A DNA stretch of 64,000 nt from Myxococcota bacterium (GCA_965250285.1 OZ252299.1:2912001-2976000); one strand, 5' to 3'. Shown: positions 35,330 through 44,808, numbered from the stretch's first letter. Made by a program: numbers and translations. Notes: generated by a model from the sequence alone, not told the origin.

Positions 35330-37165
35330 ATGAGCCTCGCCGGACCCGACACGCTGCTGGGCCAGACCCTCCTCGGTCGATATCGCGTCGAAGCGACGCT
35401 CGGCCACGGCGGCATGGGGACGGTCTATCGCGCCTTCGACGAGAGGCTCGGACGACCGGTCGTGGTGAAGGTGCCGCGGGTCGAGGTGCTGGTCGACGAA
35501 CGGTTGCGCGAGCGCTTCCTCACCGAGGTGCGCGACCTCTCGGCGCACGAACACCCCCACATCCTCGGGATCCTCGACTTCGGCGAGCATGAAGGCGTGC
35601 CGTTTGCGGTGTTGCAGCACCTCGGCGGTGGCGACCTCTCGGTCCGCCTCGACGAAGGCGTTCAGAGCCCGGCGGAGGTGCTCGCCTGGTTGACTCCCCT
35701 CGCGTCGGCCCTCGACTACGTCCATGAGAAAGGCTGCCTGCACCGCGATGTGAAGCCGGGCAACATTCTCTTCGACGAGATGGGCCACCCGTTCCTGGCC
35801 GACTTCGGCATCGCGACCGTGCTCGATCACGTCGTGCGAGACGAGACGGCGCCGCGCCGCGGTCTGACGGCGACGGGCGGCATCGTCGGGTCGGGCGCGT
35901 ACTCTCCGCCCGAAGCCGTCGATCGTCAGTTCTCGCCGGCGTTCGATCAGTACAGCCTGGCCACCGTCGTCTATCTCGCCCTGGCCGGCGATCTGCCCTT
36001 CGAGGGCGACACCGCCGAAGCGCTCCTGATCGCGAAGTACTCGGGCACGCCGCGTTCCCTCGAAACCCTCGAGCGCGCGCCGGCCATCGACCCGCGCCTC
36101 GCCGCGGTCGTCGCGCGCGGCCTCGCCCGCGAACCGGACGACCGCTTCGAGAGCTGTCGCGCGTTCGCCTCGGCCTTCGCCACGGCGGCCCACGATGCCG
36201 GCACGCTCACAGGCGAAGAGGTCACACACCCGGGCTCGGCCATCGCCGCGCGCACGAGATCGCCCTCGCCCGGTGCGCGTCCGCGCATCGGTCTGCTGGT
36301 GGCGGCCGGGCTCGCGCTGGCCGCGGCGGCGGCCGGCGGCCTCTACTACGCCGACCGGCCGGCCAGCGAGCCATCGCGCGACGGCCCCGTGCGCGCGGTG
36401 GTCGGGAGCCGACCGCACGAGATCGCCGAAGCGATGCAGCTCTGCATCAACCACGGCGGCGCCTGCACGCCGAACGACTTTGCGGGTGAGGAGCTGCGAA
36501 CGGTCTGGCTCGCGGACGGCACGCTCGACCCGACCGAGGTGCGGCAGATCGATTTCGCGAAGTGGGTCGACGCGCGTGGGCGCCCCACCTACGCGGAGCG
36601 CGAGGGCGCGAGCTACGACGGTCCACTGCGGGTGCCCGGCCTTCACTTCAGGGCGCCGCTTCGCACGAGCGGAGCGACCGCGATGGCCGTGCCGGACGAC
36701 CACCCGGTCGTGCACGTCTCGCTCGACGAAGCGAAGGCCTACTGCGAGAGCCGCGGCGCGAGGTTGCCCACGGCCGACGAGTGGGAGTTCCATGCCCGCG
36801 GCGAGGCGCGGCGGATCTTTCCGTGGGGCGACGCCTGGGACGAGGCGCGCCTCGATTCGGCGCTCGACGGCTCGACCGGGCCCGGTGCGGTCGGACGCCA
36901 TCCGCGCGGCGCCACGCCCGAGGGCCTGCTCGACCTGGCGGGCAACGTCTGGGAGTGGACGTCGACGCGCACCGACGAAGGGCACGTGATCAAGGGCGGC
37001 TCGTGGGACGACGACGTGCCGACGTATTTTCGCGGTGCCGCGATCGGCGTCGTCGACGCCGACTACACGAGCAGCGATCTCGGCTTTCGCTGCTTCACGC
37101 CCGCGCCGGCCTCCGCGCCCGACCCCGCGCCCGCCGCCGACCCGGCGAGCGACGCCGGCAGCTAG
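35330..37165 (+). CDS. Hanks-type Ser/Thr kinase fused via a TM helix to a SUMF1/FGE-sulfatase domain
   Basis: GHGGMG, HRDVKPGN, DFG, YSPPE; then HPVVHVS, RLPTADEWE, DLAGNVWEW, GFRC. Confidence 0.9.
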   Translation: MSLAGPDTLLGQTLLGRYRVEATLGHGGMGTVYRAFDERLGRPVVVKVPRVEVLVDERLRERFLTEVRDLSAHEHPHILGILDFGEHEGVPFAVLQHLGGGDLSVRLDEGVQSPAEVLAWLTPLASALDYVHEKGCLHRDVKPGNILFDEMGHPFLADFGIATVLDHVVRDETAPRRGLTATGGIVGSGAYSPPEAVDRQFSPAFDQYSLATVVYLALAGDLPFEGDTAEALLIAKYSGTPRSLETLERAPAIDPRLAAVVARGLAREPDDRFESCRAFASAFATAAHDAGTLTGEEVTHPGSAIAARTRSPSPGARPRIGLLVAAGLALAAAAAGGLYYADRPASEPSRDGPVRAVVGSRPHEIAEAMQLCINHGGACTPNDFAGEELRTVWLADGTLDPTEVRQIDFAKWVDARGRPTYAEREGASYDGPLRVPGLHFRAPLRTSGATAMAVPDDHPVVHVSLDEAKAYCESRGARLPTADEWEFHARGEARRIFPWGDAWDEARLDSALDGSTGPGAVGRHPRGATPEGLLDLAGNVWEWTSTRTDEGHVIKGGSWDDDVPTYFRGAAIGVVDADYTSSDLGFRCFTPAPASAPDPAPAADPASDAGS

Positions 37166-37171
37166 CCGCCG

Positions 37172-38206
37172 CTACGACGCGCGAATCAGCTCGAACTCGA
37201 CGCGGCGGTTCATCTGCCGACCTTCGGGTGTGTCGTTCGACTCGACCGGTCGTCGCTCTCCATAGTGCGCGACCTCGATGCGCTCCGAAGCGATCCCCCC
37301 GACCTCGATCAGGTACCGCGCGACCGACTCGGCCCGCGCAATCGAGAGCGAGTCGTTGTAGGCGTGCTCGCCCACGGCGTCGGTGTGTCCGGCGATCCGA
37401 AAGCGGGCATCGGCCAATCGACGATCCGCGAGCGCCTGGGCGACCTGGTCGAGGTTGCGACGGGCGATGGCGTCGAGCTCGGCCGAGCCAGTCTCGAAGT
37501 GCACGTGCAGATCGAGCCGCGGACGCTGAATGGCACGCGCGCGCGTATCGAAGTACGCGACGACCTCTTCGGCGAGCATCTCGGGCCCTTCGTCGCGCGC
37601 GAGCACGCGCTGCTCGACGAGCGTCGTGCTCCATGCGTCGCCTTCGCGCGCGGCCAGCGCCTCGCGGATGCGCGCCACGAGCACGGCGACGTCCGACGCT
37701 TCGACGATCGCGAACGGCCGCGCCTCATCGAACTCGAGACCGAGCGCGGCCCCGTCGAGCGGCTCGGCCGTCGCGACGACGAGCAACGCTTCGCGGCCGA
37801 TGGGGGGTTCAGCGGCCAGGCTGAAGCCCGTATCCTCGGCGGGCCACGTCACGGCTTGCCCCGCGCGCGCTTCGGGCGGTGCACCGAGCCCGTTCGGCGA
37901 GAGCAAGGTCCCGACCCCTTGCGCGTCGACGTGCAGCAGCAGCAGCGCGGCATCGCGCTCGCTCTCGACGCGGTACGCGACCGGTGCCCCCAGCGGCAGC
38001 TCGGCCGTCGGCGCAGCGAGCTCGGCTGCGACCGCGAAGCCGTCGCCTTCGGCAGCGAGCGACGCGACCGCCGCCCTCGCCTCGGCTCCGATCTCGGCGG
38101 CCCAGACGGGTGATGCGACCGCGCACGAGAGCGCGGCCACCACCCATGCGAGCCACCCGATGCCGAACGACGCAGGGAGGCGCGAACCGTGCTGCGATCG
38201 ACTCAT
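37172..38206 (-). CDS. Exported DUF4384-like + OmpA-like peptidoglycan-binding protein
   Basis: Signal peptide, LLHVDAQG..TLLSPN...PPIGRE (DUF4384-like), FETGSA, GHTDAVG, LSIARA, NRRVEF; AAGGAG RBS. Confidence 0.85.
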   Translation of the reverse strand: MSRSQHGSRLPASFGIGWLAWVVAALSCAVASPVWAAEIGAEARAAVASLAAEGDGFAVAAELAAPTAELPLGAPVAYRVESERDAALLLLHVDAQGVGTLLSPNGLGAPPEARAGQAVTWPAEDTGFSLAAEPPIGREALLVVATAEPLDGAALGLEFDEARPFAIVEASDVAVLVARIREALAAREGDAWSTTLVEQRVLARDEGPEMLAEEVVAYFDTRARAIQRPRLDLHVHFETGSAELDAIARRNLDQVAQALADRRLADARFRIAGHTDAVGEHAYNDSLSIARAESVARYLIEVGGIASERIEVAHYGERRPVESNDTPEGRQMNRRVEFELIRAS

Positions 38207-38481
38207 CGAAGACACTCCTTGCTCGAATCCCGACCCGCGTACGGGCCCGTTGTCACCGCAGCGTTCCACACGACCCGCTGCGCGCGCCCGGATGATCCAT
38301 GCCGGGTTTCGTTCAACTCGAAGCCGTTTCCCCTCAACTCGTTGAATCACGTGGGGAAACCCCTCTCCATGCCCGACGCCGTCTCTCCGAAATCGAGGCC
38401 GGGTGACGCGAGTCACTGATCGAACCGAGCGGAAACCGGATAAACCCGGTGCAGCCCGCCCCGGACCAAGGAGGACCGATC

Positions 38482-38634
38482 GTGAGCGACATGGCCAGCA
38501 TTCTCGGCTTGATCCTTGTCGCGTTCACCTGGCTCGCACTCCGTGGGATGGGGAACGAAGACAAGCCGCGCCGCGCGCGCCGACGAGGGGGCTCGAACGG
38601 AGCCGCCCGGCCCAGCCACCACCCAGCACGCTAG
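38482..38634 (+). CDS. Small (50 aa) single-TM protein with a basic tail
   Basis: AAGGAGG at 38468-38474, 7 nt before GTG; MSDMASILGLILVAFTWLALRGMGNEDKPRRARRR. Confidence 0.55.
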   Translation: MSDMASILGLILVAFTWLALRGMGNEDKPRRARRRGGSNGAARPSHHPAR

Positions 38635-38743
38635 TCCCGAACGCCGCGATCCGAGTGCAGACGACCCCACCGGCCTCGGCCGGCACGGTTCTCTGCGCCC
38701 GGGCGTCGAGGCGCGCCGGCTTCGTGAGACGCTCCGCCGCGGG

Positions 38744-39901
38744 TCAGGGCTCGACGATCGAGAGCTTGATCTGCGAAGGTCGCACACCGACCACGCGCAC
38801 GTCGTCGGGATGCACGACCTGGTCGGTGCCGATCTGGAATGTGCGCCGACCGAGCTGCACGAGCCACGCGTCGACCTCGACCGCCACCGATTCGGCGCTC
38901 GCGAGCACGAGGTCGCGACGCTTGCCCTCGAGCTGCACTTCGATCACGGGCGGATCGACGCCCTCGACGAGGTAGCCCTCGGGCAGGTTCTCGACCCGAA
39001 TCGAGACCTCGCGCGTGACCATCCCGATGTCGGCGCCGGGGATCGCGACCGACCAGAGCACGAAGGCGGCGGCCGCAGCGGCGAGCCCCTCGCGCCAGCG
39101 GCGGCCGATGCGCCGGGTGCGTCCCCAGAAGCCGCGCTCGGCACTCGAGCGGCGGCCATCGGCGAGGAAGCCGCGCAGCGCGCGCATCAATGCATCGGGC
39201 TCGTCGACGACGCGCAGCTCGCCCTCGAACGCGATCGAGACCTGGCCGCGCTCTTCCGAGACGACGAGACACAGCGCATCGCTTCGCTCCGATAGCCCGA
39301 GCCCGGCGGCGTGGCGAGTGCCGCCCCCCGCGAGCGTCGACCAGTCGGTCGAGAGCGGGAGATGACACGCGAAGCGCGTCACGCGATCGCCGTGCACGAC
39401 GACCGCGCCGTCGTGCCCATCGCTGCCAGGGTCGAAGAGGCTCTCGAGCAGCTCTTCGGAGAGCTGCCCGTCGAGCGAGACGCCGCCTTCCATGTGGCGC
39501 GCGAGCGGCTCCTTGCCCGGCAGCACGATGAGCGCCCCGACCTTGTCTCGCGCGAGCGCAAAGCAGGTGCGCACGAGAACGTCTTGAGCGCGCCGCGTCG
39601 GCCGCGGCGTGCCCCGCCGAAGTCCCCAGACCGCGATGCGTTCGAAGAGCCGTCGCAGGTCGTCCTGGAAGACGACCACGAGCACGATCGCGCCGACCGC
39701 GAAGAAGCCCTGCAGCAGCCAGGTCGTGAGCCGGAGGTCGAAGCCGCGGGCCGAGAGATAAAGCGCACCGAGGGCGGCGAGACCGACGAGCGCGAGCCGC
39801 GCACGCGAGTGTCTCAGCCAGGTGATGCCCACCCACAGCAGCCCGGCGACGATGGTCATGTCGACCACGTCGCTGAGCCTCAGCTCGGCGAGAAACGGCA
39901 C
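38744..39901 (-). CDS. dacA: Diadenylate cyclase (CdaA/DacA type) fused to a C-terminal YbbR-like domain
   Basis: 3 N-terminal TMs, VVFQDDLRR, VGALIV, HDGAVV, GTRHAAGLGLSE, VVSEERG; extra TM plus YbbR-like beta domain. Confidence 0.88.
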   Translation of the reverse strand: MPFLAELRLSDVVDMTIVAGLLWVGITWLRHSRARLALVGLAALGALYLSARGFDLRLTTWLLQGFFAVGAIVLVVVFQDDLRRLFERIAVWGLRRGTPRPTRRAQDVLVRTCFALARDKVGALIVLPGKEPLARHMEGGVSLDGQLSEELLESLFDPGSDGHDGAVVVHGDRVTRFACHLPLSTDWSTLAGGGTRHAAGLGLSERSDALCLVVSEERGQVSIAFEGELRVVDEPDALMRALRGFLADGRRSSAERGFWGRTRRIGRRWREGLAAAAAAFVLWSVAIPGADIGMVTREVSIRVENLPEGYLVEGVDPPVIEVQLEGKRRDLVLASAESVAVEVDAWLVQLGRRTFQIGTDQVVHPDDVRVVGVRPSQIKLSIVEP

Positions 39902-40269
39902 GCTCCCCCACCCCCCTGTCCGACCGGGTGCAGCCGCGAAGCGGCTGGGGGGGGTGCCGACGCCGGTGCGGAACGCGACGGAGCGTACCGCGCCGAACCG
40001 GCTCGGGCATCGGGGCTTCGCCCATCAGGCCGGGTCGGCCCCCACCACGAGCGATCGGGACCGCAAATCGTGCGGAACCTCCGCCGGCCCGCGGGTCCTC
40101 AAGATACGTTCGGCGCCCCCCACGCCGCGATGCGACGAGACCCGAAGCGGCGATCCGGGGGCGAGCAACGGTAGAATCGATGATCCGGCAGCCGGATCGC
40201 CGCGCAGCGAATGGGCCGCTTCGACCGCGCGCCCTGCGTCCGGATGCACCCTTGGAGGGGGAGAGCCCG

Positions 40270-42417
40270 ATGCCGCGAACGAGATCGCCGATCGCGCGCG
40301 CCCCGAGTGCCCTGCTGGCCTTGACCCTCACCATCTCACTCGCGTGCGCCGGCGGCCGCACGCCCTCGGTGCGAAGCGCCGCCAAACGCGGCGACGTGGC
40401 TCGGCTCGAGGCCGCGCTCGCCGGGGGCGCCAGCCCCGAAGGCCGCGACCGCGACGAGCGGCCGCTGCACCGCGCGGCCGAGAAGGGCCATATCGACGCC
40501 GTCGAGGTGCTGCTCGCCTACGGCGCCCGCGTCGATCCCCGGGACGACCACGGCGAGACCCCGCTGTTCGTGGCCGCCGAAGAAGGCCACCTGCGCATCG
40601 TCGAGATCCTGCTCGCGGCCGGCGCCTCGCCGGGTCTCTCCGATGAGAAGGGCCGCACGCCGCTGATCATCGCGGCCGACGAGGGCCACGCGCGGGTGGT
40701 CGAGGCTCTGCTCGCGAGTGGCGCGAGCGCTGACGTGCGCGACGACGAGCGCCGCACCGCGCTCTGGCATGCGATCGACGAGCGCGACCTCGAGGTCGCC
40801 GACGCCCTGCTCGACCACGGTGCCGATCCGAACCGGCTCGATGAAGACGGGCAGACGCCGCTCGGCCTCGCCATCGAGGAGAACGACCGCGAGATGGTGC
40901 GGCTGCTGCTCGAGCATGGCGCCAACGCGAGCCAGCGAACGCGGTCGGGCAACTCGCCGCTGGTCGAGTCGCTCATGCGCAACCGCGGCGACCTCGCTGC
41001 CCTGCTGCTGAACGCCGGCGCCAACCCCACCGCCTCGGTGTCGGATGAAGTGCCCCCGATCATCATCGCCGCGCGCAACAACGACACGGCGGCGGCGCTC
41101 ATGCTGATCGAGGCGGGCGCCGACCCGGGCGTCCAGGATCTGACCGGCGCGACGCCGCTCGGGTGGGCCGTCGATCACGGCAACCGCACGCTCGTCGAGC
41201 ACTACCTCGAGGCCGGCGCCGACCCGAACGCGTGGGGCGCGGGCGGACGCACGCCGCTCTTCGTCGCGGTCGAGCGCCGCCGCCTCGACGTGGCGAAGCT
41301 GCTGCTCGACGGCGGGGCCGAGGCCGACCGCCTCAATCGCAACGGCGCCCGTCCGATGGTGGTGGCGGTGCACCAGCAGGACGGTCCGATGGTCGAGCTG
41401 CTCGCCGAGCACGGCGCCAAGCGCACCACGCCGAGCGAGCTGATGGGCGACATGCCGGGCTTCGCGCAGAAGTACGGGTACGGCGCCGTGCTGCAGGCCG
41501 CGCTGGCGGCGGCCTCGGAGGCACGCCAGCAGGCGATGGGCGGCGACGCCCGCCGCAATGAATCGGGCAGCGCCGGCAGCTCGAGTCGGCCCGCGCCGCG
41601 CCCCTCGCAGCCGTCGCCCGACGTGGCGCCCGCGCCGACACCGATGCCCGTGACCACCGGCGAGCTGTACAGCAAGCGCGTCGCCGTGGTGGTGGGCATC
41701 GATCGGTATCGCGCGTGGCCGCCGCTCGAAGGCGCCCGCCGCGACGGTCGACACGTCGCGAAGACCCTGCGCCAGATGGGCTTCGACGAGGTCATCGAGG
41801 TCTACGACGAGAAGGCGACGCGCACCGAGCTGCTGCGCGTGCTCGGGACCGAGCTGCCCGAGAAGACCGACTCGAACGCGATGGCGATGATCTACTTCGC
41901 AGGGCATGGCCAGACCGAGACGCTGTCGGACGGCGACAAGCGAGGCTACGTGATCCCCGTCGATGCCGTGCCGGATCAGACGTTCGCGACCGCGATCTCG
42001 ATGGATACGCTGCGCGAGATCTCGGCCCGGCTCCCCGCCAAGCAGGTCTACTACGCGATGGACTCGTGCTACTCGGGCCTCGGCCTCGTGCGCGGCATCT
42101 CGATCGAGCCCGAGGGCGGCGGAGCGTTCATCGAGAAGGTGACGTCGCTGCGCGCCGTGCAGATGATCACCGCAGGGAGCGAGGGCGAGCAGGCCCTCGA
42201 ATCGGGCGGTCAGGGTCTCTTCACGCGCTACTTCCTGCGCGCGCTCGAGGGCGAGGCCGACTTCGACCACGACGGCTTCGTCACAGCGAGCGAGATCGGA
42301 ACCTACGTGCGACCTCAGGTGACCATGGCCTCGAAGCGAAGGCAGACGCCCCAGTTCGGCACGCTCGAGGGCTCGGGCGAGGTGGCATTCCACGTGCTGC
42401 GCTCAGACGCTCCCTGA
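40270..42417 (+). CDS. Lipoprotein with about 10 ankyrin repeats and a C-terminal caspase-like (peptidase C14) domain
   Basis: Lipobox SLAC; repeated G.TPL..A...G; VAVVVGIDRY, YFAGHG, MDSCYSG catalytic dyad; ADFDHDGFVTASE. Confidence 0.9.
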   Translation: MPRTRSPIARAPSALLALTLTISLACAGGRTPSVRSAAKRGDVARLEAALAGGASPEGRDRDERPLHRAAEKGHIDAVEVLLAYGARVDPRDDHGETPLFVAAEEGHLRIVEILLAAGASPGLSDEKGRTPLIIAADEGHARVVEALLASGASADVRDDERRTALWHAIDERDLEVADALLDHGADPNRLDEDGQTPLGLAIEENDREMVRLLLEHGANASQRTRSGNSPLVESLMRNRGDLAALLLNAGANPTASVSDEVPPIIIAARNNDTAAALMLIEAGADPGVQDLTGATPLGWAVDHGNRTLVEHYLEAGADPNAWGAGGRTPLFVAVERRRLDVAKLLLDGGAEADRLNRNGARPMVVAVHQQDGPMVELLAEHGAKRTTPSELMGDMPGFAQKYGYGAVLQAALAAASEARQQAMGGDARRNESGSAGSSSRPAPRPSQPSPDVAPAPTPMPVTTGELYSKRVAVVVGIDRYRAWPPLEGARRDGRHVAKTLRQMGFDEVIEVYDEKATRTELLRVLGTELPEKTDSNAMAMIYFAGHGQTETLSDGDKRGYVIPVDAVPDQTFATAISMDTLREISARLPAKQVYYAMDSCYSGLGLVRGISIEPEGGGAFIEKVTSLRAVQMITAGSEGEQALESGGQGLFTRYFLRALEGEADFDHDGFVTASEIGTYVRPQVTMASKRRQTPQFGTLEGSGEVAFHVLRSDAP

Positions 42418-42422
42418 CCCCG

Positions 42423-42467
42423 ATCCTTTCGGTACCCTCGGCGGCGACGCCAGCTGACCGAAAGGAT
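42423..42467 (+). promoter_or_regulatory. Perfect 11-bp hairpin sequestering the gloA Shine-Dalgarno
   Basis: ATCCTTTCGGT (42423-42433) / ACCGAAAGGAT (42457-42467); the 3' arm contains GAAAGGA, ending 7 nt before ATG 42474. Confidence 0.55.
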
Positions 42468-42473
42468 GCCCGC

Positions 42474-42893
42474 ATGAAGTACCTGCACACGATGGTGCGC
42501 GTCACCGACATCGACGCCTCACTCGCCTTCTACTGCGACGCGCTCGGCCTCGAAGAGGTGCGGCGGATCGACGTCGAGGCGGGTCGCTTCACGCTGGTCT
42601 TCCTCGCAGCACCCGGCGATCACGAGGCCCAGGTCGAGCTGACCCACAACTGGGATCCCGAGGCCTACGACGGCGGCCGCAACTTCGGCCACCTGGCCTA
42701 CGAGGTCGAGGACATCTACGCGGCCTGTCAGCGCCTCGCGGACCAGGGCGTCACGATCAACCGCCCGCCCCGCGATGGACACATGGCCTTCGTGCGCTCG
42801 CCCGACGGCATCTCGGTCGAGCTCCTGCAGAAGGGCGGCTCGCTGCCCGCGCAAGAGCCGTGGGCCTCGATGGAGAACACCGGCGAGTGGTAG
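42474..42893 (+). CDS. gloA: Lactoylglutathione lyase (glyoxalase I)
   Basis: MKYLHTMVRV, ELTHNWD, GRNFGHLAYEV, RPPRDG, SPDGISVELLQ. Confidence 0.9.
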   Translation: MKYLHTMVRVTDIDASLAFYCDALGLEEVRRIDVEAGRFTLVFLAAPGDHEAQVELTHNWDPEAYDGGRNFGHLAYEVEDIYAACQRLADQGVTINRPPRDGHMAFVRSPDGISVELLQKGGSLPAQEPWASMENTGEW

Positions 42894-42957
42894 CCCGGCG
42901 GGCCGCCCGCGGCCCGCGAGCGGCGTGAGGTGCTCCTCAGCGCTTTCTCACGCGATT

Positions 42958-42989
42958 TGATTGACAAATATTCAATCATGACAAATGAT
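42958..42989 (+). promoter_or_regulatory. Promoter with overlapping palindromic operator (probable TetR autoregulation)
   Basis: AT-rich patch; TTGACA (42961-42966)-N17-AATGAT; inverted repeat TGATTGA-N7-TCAATCA (42958-42978); ATG 6 nt after the -10. Confidence 0.7.
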
Positions 42990-42995
42990 CAGCGC

Positions 42996-43697
42996 ATGGC
43001 GATGGAGACCCCCGCGCGCGATCCCGCTGCCGCACCGGCCCAGACCGGCGATGCGCCGCCGTCGCCGCGCGCGACGACGACGGCCCCCGACCGACGCGCG
43101 CGACGCCGGGCCGAGACACGCGCGCGTCTGCTGGCGGCCGCCCGCGACCTCTTCATCCACCAGGGCTATCACGCGACGCGACCGCAGGACATCGCGCGCG
43201 CGGCCGACGTCGCCGTCGGCACCTTCTACACGTACTTCGACGACAAGCGCGACGCGTTCATCGCGTTCACCCGCCAGGTCGGCGACGAGCTGATGGCCGA
43301 GCTCGCGCGCTCCGGCCGAGGCCCGGCCGAGGGGTTCGAGTCGGCGCTGGCCGGGGTGCTCGAGGCGCTGCTCGACTACTCGGACACGCATCCCGGCGTA
43401 CTCGGGGTCGCCTTCGGCGAGGCCGTGATCGCGCGATCGAGCGGCGACGTCGATGCAGCCGACACGCCGCAGGCGGCGTCGCTGCGCGACCGCCTCGCAG
43501 CCGCGCTCGCCGAAGGCCTGCGCACGGGCATGAAGGCCGGCCGCATCCATGCCGACTACGACGCCGACCTCGTGGCCGACGCGATGGTCGGCCTGATTCA
43601 TCAGGGGCTCGTGCACGGCCACGCCCTGCCCCGCGCTCAGGTCATCTCGAACATCACCCGGTTCTGCGCCCGCGCCCTCGTCACCGACGAGCGCTGA
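42996..43697 (+). CDS. TetR/AcrR-family transcriptional regulator
   Basis: TRARLLAAARDLFIHQGYHAT...DIARAADVAVGTFYTYFDDK HTH. Confidence 0.92.
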   Translation: MAMETPARDPAAAPAQTGDAPPSPRATTTAPDRRARRRAETRARLLAAARDLFIHQGYHATRPQDIARAADVAVGTFYTYFDDKRDAFIAFTRQVGDELMAELARSGRGPAEGFESALAGVLEALLDYSDTHPGVLGVAFGEAVIARSSGDVDAADTPQAASLRDRLAAALAEGLRTGMKAGRIHADYDADLVADAMVGLIHQGLVHGHALPRAQVISNITRFCARALVTDER

Positions 43698-43733
43698 GAC
43701 CCCTGCCCGGCGCCGACGCCGAGAGGAGCCCCC

Positions 43734-44759
43734 ATGCCCCAGCTTCGCTTCACCGAAGAAGAGCTCATGCGCTCGCACGACTACAGCGCGCCCCAGGTCG
43801 AGGCCGGTCAGCGCCTGCACGGCGGCTTCGACGAGAGCGGCACGTACGTGCCGCCGCGCACGCTCCTGCGCGAGCCCGCCGTCGACGCGTGGACGGACGC
43901 GCTGCGCGCACGCGGCGGCGAGCCCATGTCGGCCGACAGCTCGCTGCTCGCGGGCATCCGCTACCCGAGCCCGCCGCAGCTCAAGCTGCTGCTCCAGGAG
44001 GGGCTCGGTCAGAGCTTCTACAACACGCTGACCATCACCGGAAAGATCGAGGCGCGCGGCCGCGTCCTTGCCGACATGCAGTTCCCCGACTTTCAGCCGA
44101 TCGTCGTCGAGGACATCTCCGAGACGATGCTGGGCCACTTGAATACCGGCATGCTGAAGGCCCACGGCCTCGACGAAGGGGGGGAGCCCGAAGCCGGCAT
44201 CGGCGGCCACGACGTGATGTGGTTCGCGCTGCGCGATCTGGTGCTGGGCGACGGGGGCTACCCCGACGTCGATCCGCCCGAGAACATCGCGCGCCCCGAG
44301 AACGATCTGCGCAAGACACCGCCGATCAGCGAGCCGCACATGCGGCTCGTCTACTTTCTGCTCAACCTGCTGCTGATCGAGTTCCGCGCCGAGCGCGGCT
44401 TCTCGATGACCGAGGAGCTGCTGGTCGACCCCGATCTATTCACCGATCGGCGCGACGCGGCCGAGCGAGCGGCGGAGATCGTGCGGCGCATTCGCCGCGA
44501 CGAGGAGATCCACGTGACCTCGCTGCGCCTCGTGCTGGGCGAGATCCGCCACCTCACGTTCAAGACGCTCGACGGGGGCACCATGAAGGGCGCCGAGATC
44601 GTCGACGACTTCTGGAACGAGATCGTGCACTGGGCGACGGTCGAGCAGCCGAAGCTCGCCGCCGAGCAGCAGCGCGAGATCTTCCGCGAGCGCATCGCCG
44701 CCCATCCCGAGGCCGATCGGGTGCAGGCCGCGTTCGACGCGCTCGAAGACCGCGAGTAG
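43734..44759 (+). CDS. Hypothetical protein, probable ferritin-like di-iron carboxylate fold
   Basis: Spacing of KIEARG, DEGG...GHD, LIEFRAE and RRDEEIH resembles the E..ExxH..E..ExxH ligand set; GAGGAG RBS. Confidence 0.65.
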   Translation: MPQLRFTEEELMRSHDYSAPQVEAGQRLHGGFDESGTYVPPRTLLREPAVDAWTDALRARGGEPMSADSSLLAGIRYPSPPQLKLLLQEGLGQSFYNTLTITGKIEARGRVLADMQFPDFQPIVVEDISETMLGHLNTGMLKAHGLDEGGEPEAGIGGHDVMWFALRDLVLGDGGYPDVDPPENIARPENDLRKTPPISEPHMRLVYFLLNLLLIEFRAERGFSMTEELLVDPDLFTDRRDAAERAAEIVRRIRRDEEIHVTSLRLVLGEIRHLTFKTLDGGTMKGAEIVDDFWNEIVHWATVEQPKLAAEQQREIFRERIAAHPEADRVQAAFDALEDRE

Positions 44760-44808
44760 CGAGCGCCCCACAGCCGCCGGGTCGGCCCTGAGCCTCACCA
44801 CGCCGAAG

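Noticed and set aside
39902..40269. c-di-AMP (ydaO) riboswitch upstream of dacA
   Set aside because: Conserved ydaO sequence blocks are not recognisable.
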